The position numbers and the translations under genes are program-made. Positions 49,204 through 63,513 of a DNA stretch of 64,000 nucleotides are shown here, piece after piece (within the stretch, counting starts at the first letter, position 1; the number at the start of each line of letters is the position of its first letter). Source of the stretch: Podarcis vaucheri (Eukaryota); the NCBI GenBank assembly GCA_965113315.1, contig OZ220372.1, one strand, 5' to 3'. The notes beneath the pieces are model-generated. The model was not told the DNA's origin. It searched no databases and worked only from the letters and a program-made list of their open reading frames with translations.

Positions 49204-50202
49204 TTGTGTATAGGTGCTGACTTGGTCTTCAAAGGTTCCCACTGAGTTCCAGGAGACAAGTGCAGCCAAGAGGGATGAAATCTTCTTTCTAGCCCCAACC
49301 TTTCCCACCACCACCAGATTTGGGGGTCACCACAGGCAGTGGGCTGTTTCCCTCCACATAATAAAGGTTCCTTTGAGGCTGCTATACTTTCCTATGGGAA
49401 CAGATTCGAAACATCTGCATTGGAAACAAAATTATCCCCTCACCCTTGCCACATGGTGCAGACTTCAGTGATAGGGATTTCATAGGTGTTGAGGTACAAT
49501 ATACACATTGTTGAGCATTGACTCATTGCACCTTTGTGTTCCTGAAATATACAGGCCCTCCGTGAACACCCACCCACTCACACCTATCATGACAGACATT
49601 TTGCTAGCAGTAAATCCAGATTACTGTGCCACAGGCAAAGAAGAATGAACCTGGAATCTACAGGGCAGATGGCTTCAGGTGATTTAAATAAGTAAGCCAA
49701 GTTGTATCCTTCTGTGGAAGAAAAATATTGCCATGCTTAGGAGCAGTAGTTACACAATCAACACAGAGCTAATTCCTCTCATGTCATATCAGTGGTGTAG
49801 CTAATACTTCCTTCGCACCTATTGCCAGCACAGTAAGACAAACAGCACACGCAGTATTCAAACACATAATCAGATAGCACAGATGGCGTAAACGATCCTC
49901 CTCAGTCATGGTATATAGAATTTGGTAGAAACATTTCCCCAAACCACAGTTATTTAAAAGCTCAAGCTATCCAAATATACTTTGTGTCCCTTGTGAAGCC
50001 TCATATAAATGAAAACTCATATAAAATGTACTCTTGGTTTTATTCTCTCAAGGCCATTCAAATAAATGAAAATATATGCCTCTTTAAAAATCCACATATG
50101 GATGCATATTCGTTAGAATCATGTTTCAAAGGTTATTTGGTTTTTTTTAAATAAAAAAACTGTTGGGCTTGAAGAATCATGGATTAAATTCCAGCTCATT
50201 TT

Positions 50203-50232
50203 AAAATAAAATAAAATAAAATAAAATAAAAT
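50203..50232. repeat. (AAAAT)n microsatellite
   Basis: Seen directly in the sequence. Confidence 0.95.
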
Positions 50233-50429
50233 ACTTGAAATCAGCAATGCCAGCTTGCTGGGTAGCCTAGGGCATCATGACCTCTCTACCTAATTTGTCT
50301 CAAGATTACCATGGATGCACCATGATGCAACCAAATCAAATTCAGCAGGGACTTCTGTGTGTGGACTTCTGTGTGTGATTCATTGTGATTACAGATCAGA
50401 TTTATTCCTTAAAATGGCCTTTCACATTT

Positions 50430-50496
50430 GTGTATGTATGTACAGTATGTATGTAGGTATGTATGTATGTATGTATGTATGTATGTATGTATGTAT
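50430..50496. repeat. (TATG)n microsatellite
   Basis: Seen directly in the sequence. Confidence 0.95.
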
Positions 50497-52148
50497 CTGT
50501 TTTCAGTGATGTAGCTGGGGCTAGGATTGAGGTCCAGGGCTTCACAGCATGTTTTAGAGTTGGCATGAAGGGAGAGCAGGGCTTTCGTGTTTTTAACAGC
50601 TGCGTGACAGGCAGAAAATCAAAGGCTAAGCCTCTTCTAGTACTGTATATGGAAATGCTATTACTGGTATGGGGAAAGCTTCACCTGTTGACATTCTGTC
50701 TTTCAGATATCTTGTTAATTGTGTGTGGCCCTTGATTTATTGTAGAGCCCTTCGTTATTACCTGCGAAAGAGGTTTACTTATGACAAAAAGTTTATGTGG
50801 ATGTGTGCCTTCTGTGAGTGGGTTGTGTTTTAGTTGTTGTAACCCACTCTAGTGCCTTAGGGTGAAGGCCAGGTGGTTGTTGTTGTTAATTCAGATATAG
50901 AAAACCTTTGGTGTGCCAGATGTTTCTGAACTACAAGTCGCATCAGCTCCTGCAAGCATGGCCAACAGCCAAGAATGATGGCAGTTATAGTTCAGCAAAA
51001 TCTGGAGGGGCAAAGGTTCTCCACACCTGCACTAAGCCATTATTATTATTATTATTTATGCACACAAGGGTCAGCCTGCAGTATGAAAAGAAAGGTTCCC
51101 AAAAGCCAGGCATGTGTGCTCGAGATTTGGCCTATTCACATGTCGGATATCTATCCACTGGTCACAATTAAAAGCAAAAAAAAAGCTGGTATCCACCAAA
51201 ACGGGATGTAGAAATCAGCAGAAGCAACTTAGGTTTTGTTTGCAAGTAACACCAAGCTATGGTTTATTAAATGGAGCCACAGTAAAACAGGAACTACCCT
51301 GTTCCAGTAATGCAGGTATCAGACCTGACTTGGCTAAGGAGCTGTGCTCTCAGCCATCTACTTTCGTACTCCAGCCCAACTGATACAGAGAGCTGCGATT
51401 GCAGAGACAGCGGCACATGCTGACATAGCTAGTGTAGCATCCTGTACAAGGCAAATGGGACAAATCCATCATGCTGCAGTAGCTACACTCCCATTATAAC
51501 AACTTATTATACTACAGGGATGGCCAGCCTTTCAAGACAGGAGCCTCTGTACCTTCACCGTTGTGTAGGAGAGAGAATCTCAGCAGGTGCAGCTTTGTCA
51601 TTTCACAGCACAACAGAAGTCTGAAAAGGTACACCTGCTACGATTCTCCCCACCTGACATCTGAAAGGTACAGGAGTTTTTATGTTGCAAAGGCTGTACA
51701 ACCTGCTATGCTACTGTAGATACATGTGGTTACACTGACAAGGCTGCCTCCACAGGGATATGTAAACAAGTCCTCTCCAATCCTGCTCTTGTCCCAATCC
51801 CGGCCAAATGTCTTCACACCCTTCTCTGCAACATGATAGCAACACATGCCATCACTACACTGCTTCATTCTCATCACACCATCCCTCAAAATACAAGGCA
51901 CCTAACATTTTCTAAGTGCTCTGCATATATTTAAAGATGAGTTACTCCCTGCCTACAAATTCACAATCTAATAGACACAAAGCAAAGGGAGAAAGGAAAG
52001 GGGAAGGGAAACAATGGTGTCAACTCTTCATTCCTTTAGTTTTTCATTTGGCATGTCCATATGTGAATTTCTTAGTTTAAGTAGGGTTGCCAGATTTCAA
52101 AAAGTCAAAGTCCAAGCACAAAAGCTGTTGAACTTTTTTTTCTTTTTT

Positions 52149-52179
<31 letters not shown>

Positions 52180-52675
52180 TGCAAAATCACAAAAAGAAGT
52201 TTTTGAGCAATTTTTTTAGGGGGGAAATTGCCAAAATCTATACTTCCAGGACACTCCAGCGTTTTTTGACCAGACACTGCTTCTGACGACCAAATCCTAG
52301 CTATCTCTAGGAAATTCTGGACGTTTTGCAGCTGTAAGGAAGTGCCTACTTGCATGGAAAGCATTGCAATTGCTATTTCTTGCTGGATCTTATGTTACAT
52401 ATGATTTTAGTGCAGGAGGGGGTTCATTATTTCCTTTTGCTTGTATCCCCTTTTCCCATAAGGTGGGTGATGAATGGGGCCCAACTGGTCTCCCTACTAT
52501 ATTATCTTTCCGGGAGGCATGGAGGTGAGCGTTCCAGTGGCCCTGGGTGTCTTGGTTAGTGACAGGGCCTGGAGCATACATCCTTTTAATTTTGCAGTCT
52601 GCAATGTTCTGAGGTATGTGTAAATGATATTGTGTAAATATTAGAGTAATCAAGGTACACAGATATGGGATAGTA

Positions 52676-52937
52676 CCTTATTGGCCTGAATATAAGTCTC
52701 ACTTTTTTCCAAATTCCGACCATGAAAAGTTAAAGTGTGGCTTAAATTTGCAACCTTACAAAAATTGGCTTTTACAATATCACTGCTGAAACAGATATAC
52801 AGTAAAATGGGTGTGAGTGCCTGTGGAATTTTAAGGGAGAGGCTTATATTCGGGTATTGTCTTTTTGTCTCCCCCCCCCCTTGAATTTTAAAGGTGCCGC
52901 TTATATTCGGGTGTGGCTTATATTTGGGCCAATATGG
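52676..52937. mobile_element. Tc1/mariner-pogo-type MITE
   Basis: TA|CCTTATTGGCCTGAATATAAG...CTTATATTTGGGCCAATATGG|TA with repeated GCTTATATTCGGG. Confidence 0.8.
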
Positions 52938-53445
52938 TATGTATCTGCTAGATGTGTAGGTAAGTATATTAGGTGAAGTAGGATTAGTGTTCCTTTGGAA
53001 AGAGGAGAAACAGTACTTGGAAAGTTGGAAGTGAACGGTGATTGGATGTGGGAGAGGGTGTTTGGTTTGTTATGGCAGGGTTAGTGAGATAGAATGGGGT
53101 CAGTATTGTTGCTAGTCATGGTTTGGGCACAAATGGTGAGGGAGGATTTGGAAGGGTAGACTAGATAGGAGTCTTTATATGAACCAAGGTAAAATCCAAG
53201 AAAGTGTACAACTGAAACCTTACGCTTCTGTGCGCTGAATTACCATCAAAGCTTTTATTACTTCTGTTATCAATTAAACTGTTTCAGCATACGCACAGGC
53301 CTCTTGACTGGCTACCCTAGAGGTGGGGTCATTCAGATACTTGGCATCTGTGATGGCAGCGAAAATAAAGAGAGTTGGGAATACCTAGCAGAAACCCAGA
53401 TCAGGGCTTAGTGAGAGCAGGAGGTGGTGCAGGAAAATTGAGGTA

Positions 53446-53614
53446 CCGTATTTTTTGCACCATAACACTCACTTTTTTCCTCCTAGAAAGTAAGGGGAAA
53501 TGTCTGTGCGTGTTATGGAGGGAATGCCTATGGGTGGCATGCCTACGGATTTTCCTCCTCTAAAAACTATGTGTGTGTTATGGTCGGGTGCGTGTTATAG
53601 AGCGAAAAATACGG
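53446..53614. mobile_element. pogo-type MITE
   Basis: TA|CCGTATTTTT...AAAAATACGG|TA. Confidence 0.85.
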
Positions 53615-54442
53615 TAGGTCAGATACTGGAGCCAGAGAACCACATAGCTGAGGGAAAGTGGTGCAACACAGTCGTTGGGCATCAGGAAGTTTGGGCAGAA
53701 TGTTCTTTCTTGCACAGTGGGCCAAAGCAAAGACCCTCCAGCTCCTTCTCTGGCTGAAGGATGCCAGGTTAGCCTCACCCTTGCTGTTATGTTTGTGCAA
53801 CCTCCTGATGACCCTAGCACACCTGGCTGGTGACAGAAAGTACCATGTGCCTTCCTTCAGCTCTTTAGTCCCAGGTAACATCCAGCAACTATAGCTGCTG
53901 ATAATGCAGGAGCACAGCATCCCAGCCAGTATGCTGCAACACCAGCACAACGGTACAAAGTGTGATGTCGCACCAACACCATGCATATCAACTTGTTTGG
54001 CAGAGCTATGTCTCATAGGTCTCAACTACAGAACCATGAACAAAAGCATTCATTTCCTTTGTACAAGCCAAACAATCTCATGTGTGAAAAAATAAATGTC
54101 ATGGCAATGGGAAGAAACATAAAATGCAATTGAAAACGGCTTGGAAATTATTTTGTTCAGCTTTTGTGATGATGCAGAAAAAAGATTGCAACTGATGCCC
54201 CAAAGAGGCCAAACTCTGGTCAGCTACCTCAGAACAAAAAGGCAATTTAATAGCTCCCAGTTATTATAAATTTGCAGTCTGATACATACTTCCTTCACCA
54301 TATCCAAATTGCTGCTAAGTAAAGGTAGAGTATAGAAAATAGTAATGCAAACAACCCATTTTCACAGAGCAATAAAAGTGTGTTTTAATATTTATTTTGC
54401 AGGCTTCACTGTAATTTGCGCTAGAATACTTTTTATCCTGTA

Positions 54443-54797
54443 CAGTGGTACCTCGCAAGACGAATTCCTCGCAAGACGGAAAACTCGCAAAACGAAAGGG
54501 TTTTTAGTTTTTTGAGTTGCTTCGCAAGACGATTTTCCCTATGGGCTTGCTTCGCAAGATGGAAACGTCTTGCAAGTTTGTTTCCTTTTTCTTAAAACTG
54601 TTAATATAGTTGTGACTTGACTTCGAGGAGCAACTCATAGCACGCGGTGTGGTAGCCTTTTTTGAGGTTTTTGAAGACTTTGGTGATTTTTGAAGCTTTT
54701 CCAAAACTTTTCCGACACCGTGCTTCGCAAGACGAAAAAAACCGCAAGACGAAAAAACTCACGGAACGAATTAATTTCGTCTTGCGAGGCACCACTG
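54443..54797. mobile_element. Tigger-like MITE
   Basis: TA|CAGTGGTACCTCGCAAGACGAA...TTCGTCTTGCGAGGCACCACTG|TA with multiple CGCAAGA repeats. Confidence 0.92.
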
Positions 54798-56308
54798 TAA
54801 TGAGATATAATTTCAGTGGCCTGGCAGCCTTTTCTTTAGAGAACTATCCCTCAAGTGAACTCCTTTATTGGTTTTAGTCTACAATCCTATCCCCTAAGAG
54901 TAAGTTTCCACTGAACATAGTGGAACTTACTTCTGAGTAGACATGCCTGGGACAGCCTTGTAAATTCTTTCTGCCACCTCATTGTTGTCTCCCACTGTAG
55001 GACCCACTGAAGTGAGTGGGGCTTATTGTAATGAGTGTTTTGGTAATGGGAACGCAGATAAATCTTATAACCGTATACTTAGAGAATAGAGATTTGGTCC
55101 CAGCTGATCCAGACTATGAGGCACACTCCCTATTAATTCACCCAGATATGCACATGCGCATATCTACACACACATCCCTTCACATATTTTAATGCGTACA
55201 GGTTGTTTTGGTCAGCCAGTAGTACAGCCTCTGCTGCAAGCAGTGCTGTTCCTATTATTTAACATTTATACAGTTCCAGAAATGTTCCAGGCACCATAAA
55301 CCACCACCACTCAAATGTTAATGATTCACAAGTTCTCTGTAAGGCATCATACCAAGCCAACTTGGGGTAAATCCAAGTTAATTGAATATTGTTATTTTAC
55401 CTCTTGATTCAGCTATTCAAGCATAATTTGGTTTGACTTTCTATGACTCACACGTTGCCTTAAAAGAAGAATCAGAAAATGGCCAAACTCAAAGCCTGTG
55501 CCATGTCATCTTGGCTGTAGGACGTGCCGACTCCTCTTTATGGAGTCAGTTTTGGACCTTTACATTTCAGCTGCCTTCACTGAAATGAAGTAGTCCCCAA
55601 GTCCACATTTAAGTACAGTTGACTTTAATTTTGTTCTCAGTGTTAAGAAATCTGCCAGATAGTTTCATTGAAGGATTACCCAGCTTTGAACTTTGCTTCA
55701 TAGCAAAAAACAACAACACAAAAAACCCCAAATTTGGAGGACCACCAATAAAATAAAGCAGCAGCAGAAGAAAGTGAAGAAATGTGGAAGTGCCAGGGCA
55801 TGGCAAGAGGAGTTTAGGCTGATAGGCAGAATCAAGGTGGAGTCTGATTCAGAGGACAGCAGGTGCCACCTCTACAGTGGCCCCACAAGGTCATGGTAGA
55901 CTCTGCTCCTCATGCTTGAACTAGCACTGTCGTACCTACACATGAGTAATTAATACTGAGGCCTAATATGAATAGTAGAATGCTTGATATCTGGTGGGCG
56001 GGGCTTGTGGGTTATGCTCCAGAATCAGCCCCTCCCTTCAGTGTGTGTTCAGTTAAGAATGTCAGTTAAGAGGCACCAACTGCCTCTTCTTGCCTCTTGC
56101 CTGAGACTTGCCTCATGTTTTTGTATTTAGTTTCTCTCATTATGGTTTTTTTTTTACAGTTTTCTCTCAGTTTATTATTAAAGCTTGTTTACATTTACGT
56201 GAGTTACTTATTTTTCTCAAAGAAAAAGAAACTCTGCTGAAGAATGGTGGAATATTCTAAACTTGGGTGAGTGAGGGGATATTCCCAGTTTGCCAGGAGG
56301 ATTGGTTT

Positions 56309-56858
56309 TGTTAATCATCCCCCCACCTCCACAACATAATTAACAGAGGTATTGGCTGGGCGCTTAGATTCAAAACATGGGGCCTCCAGTGGGAGAGAGT
56401 TAAAAACACTCTCAGAGTTAACTGGCAGCATAGCATGTAATAAAACAAACCCTTCTGCACATCCGGTCTCCTTACAGCTCTTGCCCCTTTCTCTCTACTC
56501 CTCTGGCAATGAACAGACCACACACTTTTAAGTAAGTTTAAAATATTTACTTACTAAATCCAAATGTCTGGTTAATGCGCTAATCCATGCAGCAGCAAGG
56601 AGATCACAGGGTACAAAATGCAGCACATAGTTTCAAACATGCAGTCTGAACTTGGGTCCTGTTCAGACACAACCGGCCTAGTGGATTTCATGGCAAGAAG
56701 AAAGAGAGTGTGAGGAACAGGAAGAGAAGAAGATTCATTTCCTCACGAAGAAGAGAGGATGTGACCTAGCTGAGTCTAGGAACAGAGTTCTACGGTTAAA
56801 ACCCTTCATGCACTAACTAGCACTTATGCATAGTTATGTTTGACTGCAGTTTCCCACA
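56309..56858. mobile_element. Solo LTR (550 bp), probably in minus orientation
   Basis: TG...CA termini flanked by the 4-bp direct repeat GTTT (56305-56308 and 56859-56862). Confidence 0.6.
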
Positions 56859-57399
56859 GTTTTTTTTAATGCCTTTCTCTCGGGCCAGAGAAAGGTGGCA
56901 TGTAAATGTAAACTAAATAAGTAAATACATTATATGATAAGCAGTAACTTAATCCACGCATGTTCAAAGAAGAACTTGCATAATGTGCAGCATCAAGTCC
57001 ACAATGAACCGCTACTCAGAATTATAGCATCTGCCTTGACTGAGGAAGACCCCAGGTTGAACCACCAATATTTCCAGGGGCTACAATACTGGGCTTGTAT
57101 GGTCTGACTCAGTATAAGGTAACAAAGATACCAAGTCACAGGGACCCAATTAAAACTCATATTGATATAAACATATTCAAAAGATACAAGCTGCAGCCAC
57201 TGTGTATTCAACAATCCAATTCCCCAAACAATACAGCACATGAAGACAATAAAACAATTCTCCAAACAATACAGAACAAGATCTCCAGGACTGAGCCTCT
57301 CTTTGTACTTCTTCAGACACCAAATGGAGAATATGCATGGAAGGCAGTTATTAAATCTTTATTGTCTCAATTTTTCTTCCTTGGACAGAAGTATCATTG

Positions 57400-58260
57400 C
57401 TATAAATCCTAAAATGATATTATTGAAAATCACCTATTGAACAATATTAGACTGCACAATATGAGGCCACAGTCAATAACAGGATTAGAATACCTCTTGA
57501 AATTCTCTTACATATTCCTGCATCTAAGCACAGCCAAGAAGGATGGAACTTCTAGCACTGGGATATACAAAGTTATCAATATGGAAATTTTAGTTTTCTA
57601 AGAGGACATAGTATCTTATCTTAAAAAATCTTCTGAATTCAAATCCAAACCTGTGGTACAGGAATAAGGAGCTTTCCATTGATAGAAGAAGGATGAATAT
57701 ACTGAGTAAGGTTTGACTGAGGTCTTACATAGGAACAGAGTTGAAACAGATGTGATTCTAACACGTGGCTCCTCCACACCAATGAATTACTGGCTCTAAT
57801 GTGTAATACGTTGGTGGTGTATGTCCAGGCAATAATCCTTTCCCCCCCCCCCCTGCTGAATCACCGCTGCTGAACCCTTATTGCTGGTTTAATAACTATA
57901 AGTTGTTGGCCAAGGAATCCAAAACAGCCTTTTCATGCCAACATAAATATGCCATCTTTTGGAAGATTGTTCTATTTTCTGTATGTCTCTTAACACCACT
58001 CTTTCAAAGGCAGCTATACTGGGATTAGTAATCTTTGGAAGATATCTAAACTGGTATGTAGTGCTCTGTGTTATATCACTGAACACTTGTTTAAGCTTGA
58101 GTAATCGAATTAAAGATTCGAAAGATCAGTCCTCATATTCAAGGCATTGTATCCTGACATTGGTACCTATGCTGCCTGGAAGTGCCTTAAATAAACCACC
58201 ACATAACAATAAGTTATGTCCTTAAGGAATACTACTCTGCCTCTTTACTTCCTCCATAAT
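57400..58260 (-). mobile_element. Highly degraded Penelope-like RT remnant
   Basis: Minus-strand IVIKPA[frameshift]KGSAAVI (~57895-57855; compare the IKPADKG.AVV motif) and NPSIAAFERVVLRDI upstream. Confidence 0.55.
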
Positions 58261-61200
58261 TTCAAATGGATATGTCATCCTACAGGCAGAGCAGAGGGTA
58301 AGGGATGCAGTCACTGTCAGAATTATGGAATGGAGCAAGCAGCTTCCACTTTATAGTGGTGACTAGATGCAAGAAAAGAGAAGGCTCATTCCAACCATAT
58401 CTTTGTTTTGAGGAAATGGGCTGGTTCAGTTTTCCCCATCCCTTTGTGGCAAACTTCACCTGAGTTCTACCCAAGACAAGAGCTTTCTCTTACTTATGTG
58501 TACTCAGATGTTTCAAGTGTATAACTAACATTTTGAAAGAAACAAATACACTTGCAAATATGCATCTCACACAGGTACGACTCTCTCTTGAGTGACAAAC
58601 CTGGCTCTGCTTCTGCACTGTGTGCAAAATGAGCTCCAGTCCCTTCTGCTTTCTGCTCAAGCTTCCTCTGGCTGCATCCACCCTTGGGTATGCCCATGCT
58701 GGGTCCAGCATTATTCCAAATATGGAACCAGTGTGGCCTGGGGTGCCACATCCCATGTGCATCCAATAGTACCATCTCCCGCCACCCAGGAAACACCCCA
58801 AAAGGGGCTGCTGTCTCCTGGATGACAGCACAGGCCCTCAAAAACTCCTCTCCTAAAGCAGATTTTTGCCTGAGAGGTTCCACAAGCTGTGATTTCAAGC
58901 AAGCCAATTTGCGTTCATTCTCCATGCAACATCCACCAGTTCTTCTGAATTGCTTTAGAGCCGTGGAGAAAAGGAAATGCTCAAGAAATAATTATATGCT
59001 AAGAACTCCTTGCCCAAGTGCTTTCTACTTTTTTCACTGCCCCCTCTCCACTTTCTCTCCTCCTCCCCCTTCTCCTTCTTCTTCTTAGTTTCCTTTTCAT
59101 CTTCCTCTTTTATGTATTATTAGCTTTGGAATGATCTTTACTGAGGAAAACTTGAATCTGAAGGAAGGGTCTAATTGCACTACCTCTGAGGACTAATTAA
59201 GCCATCTGTGACTGACAGCCTTTCGAGCTTCCTTGTTTTGTGGTAGATAGAGCTGCAATGCCAGCTGTCCTAACTCCCCCCGCCCCCTTTCTGCAAAGCA
59301 AGAAAGGAAAAGGAAGGGCACAATTAATAGTTTGTCATTTTTGTTAGCACATTTCTTTAAGAAAATACCATCAATTGGCCTCCCTAGCTGAGACAGTTTG
59401 ACACCTGTCGTCTTTTCATCTTTTCCAAATGGGCTGCAACAGGAGGTGCTGCCCGAGTTTGACACTCGGAGACCCTCTTCAGCCACGTAAAATATGGCCA
59501 AATAATTTCCTTGAAACAAAGAGATGAATGTACTGTGTTGAGCGTTGTTGCCCTGCATAAATTAAAATTAACGTCTCTTTCCAGGCTGGATGCTCATAGG
59601 CCAGAATGCACATCATTCAGCAGACTACATTCTCCATCCAATATATCATCTGGACTGGATAACAACTTGGAAGAGCATCCTGTGAAGGCTAAAATGCAGT
59701 TGAGGCATGGCCAGGTCCTCTAGATAAGACCATACGGGCAGCAGTGGAGTGTTTTAAGGCAAGGAAGGTTTCCAAATTAAGCTCAGTGAGAACTGTGGAA
59801 ACAGCTCCTCTGTGTGCAGTATTTAAAATGGAAGATTATTATAGCCCAAAGCAGACAAGGACCCTGTTTTCCTGCATACCTGCACAATGAACAATCTCCC
59901 GTGCTCCTTTCTGCCTTTCTTTGTACAGTCCTGCTGCAGCTCTTGCCTTCCTTCCTCTTTCCTTTATCCCTTGTAATTTGCACAGAGGGTTGCTTCTGTA
60001 GCCAATTTATTTGTAAAGTTTCCTTCTGCAAGGGGAAAACACCGGTGGTTAAAAAATAGGAATGAAAATTATAGAACTGCTTTCCAGAATGACTTTTACC
60101 TTTTTTTATTATTTGCAGGATTTGTTTTAAACAGATTCAAGCTGATAGGAGGGGGTGGCATTTCTTCACCTCCAAACCCTGCCTTTGACCCAGCTGAGCA
60201 GGGGTGCAATTTAGGTGGGCCAGGGGCAGCCTCCCTCCCCTGCATTTCAGGCCACCTGTGATTATGCCTCAAGAGCATCTGTAAAGCCAGCCAACTCAGG
60301 CTGTTCCCAGGCGTGTCTTCAAATAGGAGTGGATGCAAATCTTTCAGATGCGAGGCGAATGCTGCTTTCCTTCCCTATCTAGTGAATGACACATCATGCG
60401 CGCACACATACACGGATCCCCACTCCCCGCATATAAGAGGTGAGCAGCCTACTTAGTTGTCATTTTCTGAGCACCCTTTCTGCTCAAACATCAACTGGGT
60501 ACCTTTTACGTGCTTTTCTGCGTACTATTCTATTCTTGAGAAACAACTCTGAGAAGGAAGCACTGTGGCTTCCTCAGGGGTGGTGGAAGGGGGTGGGGGT
60601 GGGTGCCCAAGCTACATGTCTCTCCTGCCCCAAATGGTCTGCCCGCCGCCTCCCCCTCAGCTGTCCTGCCCCGGCTCGCCCCGTCCCGTGGGCGGCTGGC
60701 CTTGCCCCTGGGTGCAGGGCACATGGACCACCCCAGGCACCCGACTGGCTTGCTCCGCCGCTGGGCTTCCTCACTGGCACCAGGGACCTGGGTGGTACTG
60801 TGCAGATCTAGCTCTGCTGAATGCCTGAAGTAGAGGCTTCCCCGGAACTTGATCCAGGAGAGAAGATGGCAGGTGCACCCAGCATGTGGTGAGTGCACTT
60901 ACACAGCAGGCAAGTAGACAGGAAATGAAAGCAACAGAAGACAACCTAAACAACAACAAACATTGCAAGAATATACAGTTCAATGTGAAAATGCTACTTT
61001 ATGCAAAGGTACTAATAAATATAGCCTAGTATTTGCAACACTTATACTTGGTGCCATGTGCTGCCTCTTACCTGTGTGGGGTGCTCAGCCCTCCTAGCAA
61101 CCCCCATTTGTTGGAGAGGTGTTGTATGTTCATGTCTGCAGTCCCTTGCTGTTTGGGTTGGCAATGTAATCAAGTTCCTATCTGTGTTGTGAGGCCAGGC

Positions 61201-61980
61201 TATTTTGTGCTCTTTCTCCATAGCTTTCCATCCCCGAAGCCCCCCCCCCCCTTGTGAGCTCTGAGTATGCATGACTTTAGATGAGAAAGATATAGACCCC
61301 ATATCATGTATCTTGTTGTCTGAGTTATAGTCTCTCTATAGGGTTTATATACTAGTGGTGCTGTGGGTGCTAAGTTACACCATATCCATGTTACAACATG
61401 GCAGACAAACTGTTGACACAGGGACAGCTAGTTTTTATTTAATTTCCACCTCCCCATTGAAGTCAATGGAAGAGGAATTTCCACTATACCAAGTCTGCTA
61501 CTAATAGAAAGTGGTATTGTCAACAGGGACATGGAATCTGTTTTAAGTGCCAGACACATCTCACCCATGACTCCACTCCATTTCAGCCATTCCACTAGCA
61601 AATCTGAAATGAGCAAAATTTCAATGAAACTGTTGCTGCACCGTCATATCTCATATAGCCTGGCTTTCATCAAATGCTATAGCTCCTCAGCCAGCAAATC
61701 TTCTAACCTCCCTGAACCTTGACATCTTGCCCACGCAGGCTATGTACACATTTAATGGCTTACAGTGCAGCTACATTGTTCTTTTTCTCAATAAGGAACA
61801 AAGCTGGTTTAGCGGGAATATGCATCAAAATGCAGACTCCCATAAGAAACTACATGATAGATATGGATTGTGGCTAAGGTTGTGCATACACTGCTTCCCA
61901 AACCAGCAGTGGAAGCACACAGGATGTAGCAAATGGGAATGTATATACAGGTTTGAATTGTCAGCTAGCTGCCATATATA

Positions 61981-62140
61981 CTGTATTTTTTCGTGTATAA
62001 GACTAGATTTCCCCCCTAAAAAAATAATGTCCAAAATTTGGGGGCATCTTATAAACGGATAGATCTCCCCACATTTTCTTAAATCGGAGTCCCCCAAAAT
62101 AGGAGGTGTCTGGGGATGTCTTATAGACAGAAAAATACGG
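61981..62140. mobile_element. pogo-type MITE
   Basis: TA|CTGTATTTTT...AAAAATACGG|TA. Confidence 0.8.
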
Positions 62141-62697
62141 TACCTAGAATGTTTCATTTCAAATCTAGATGTAGAAAATATGGCATGTCTGATTGTGAGA
62201 AAATAATACATGTCTCAAGCTTCTCCCTTATTTCTTTACAACATTCAAAAATGTATGCTTGCTTTAAATTAATTTCTCTACAATTTTCAACAGGATTAAC
62301 TAACTCCTTTATTTTTAAACAAAAAAACATTAAACAAGCCTATCCATGTTTAATGTTTAAAGCCTCCTATTTAAAAAATGTTACCTGTTTTCTGTTGTTG
62401 TTGTGAGGAGTACAAAATCTTCCAAGTGGACCCCAAGAACGGACCTTGCTGAACCACGACATCTTCCCACACTGATTTTTTTAGCTGTTGTACACATTGA
62501 GCAACATTTCATTTTTAATCAACATTTTGAAAATATGGGTGTCTTGATTCTCTCTTCTATTACATCTGTAAGCAGTATTGCTTCACAAATTGTGACCTAT
62601 TTAAGGGGTTCTTAAAGTGAATTCTACCCCCTATGGCTACAAAATTTGAAATTCAAACATTAAGGCCAGCGAACAATCTTTTGTGGGAGCTTGTTTC

Positions 62698-62747
<50 letters not shown>
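62698..62747. repeat. (GT)n(GA)n microsatellite
   Basis: Seen directly in the sequence. Confidence 0.95.
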
Positions 62748-62748
<1 letters not shown>

Positions 62749-63513
62749 ACTGATCCAGTTTGAATGAGTATGCAGTCACTAGTTCCTGCAATAAGTTCAC
62801 CAAGCATCTAAGTCACCAGCACACCTGTCATCAGTTGTGTACAAAAACAGTTAACACAGCCCATGACAGGCTTGTAGCGATCTGGGCATATGATGAATCT
62901 ATTCATAAGAGCAAAAATTTGGCATAGACTCAAACAGGGCTGGCCCAAAAAAATCCATCACATTATAAAGCAAACCCCAAAAGGTAGTAGTGGATGGTGC
63001 AGTGGGGCCATTGGTCGTGTCACTGCTGCGTACCAGAAGGCAGAGGGGAAGAGGCAAGGCAGCAGCGAGGTTGTCACACTGCAGATGTGCCAGCAAAGCC
63101 AATCAGGTGCTCCTGTCTGTGCATTTGCAAGGCACAAACTCCCTGCCTCTTTGTCCTTCCTCCACTGCCTCCCAGTAAGCAGTAGCAATGCAAATGGACA
63201 GAGGTCAGATGAGCAGCTGCAACCCACCATGCTGCTAAAAAGGAGGCACTAATAAGGGAGCAGTAGAGCAAGTATCTTGTGCATAATTCTTGTTAGATCT
63301 GAATAAAGGCAACACTATGCAAAAATAAATTAAAAAAGGCTTTCTGTAACACAGTCACCCTGCCTACCCCTTCACCTCATCAAATAACATTCCAGTCCAA
63401 ATGAAGAAATTTTCGTTTCTGTTCCCAAGAACTGTGCAGCCTATCAAAGGCTTTCCCAATGAGAAGACTGGTAATTTTAAGTAATGGCTTTAATGTTTAT
63501 ACCATGAAAACCT

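Noticed and set aside
57300-57322. Second hammerhead core (CTGAAGAAGT on the minus strand)
   Set aside because: No stem II or correctly placed GAAA-UH follows it.
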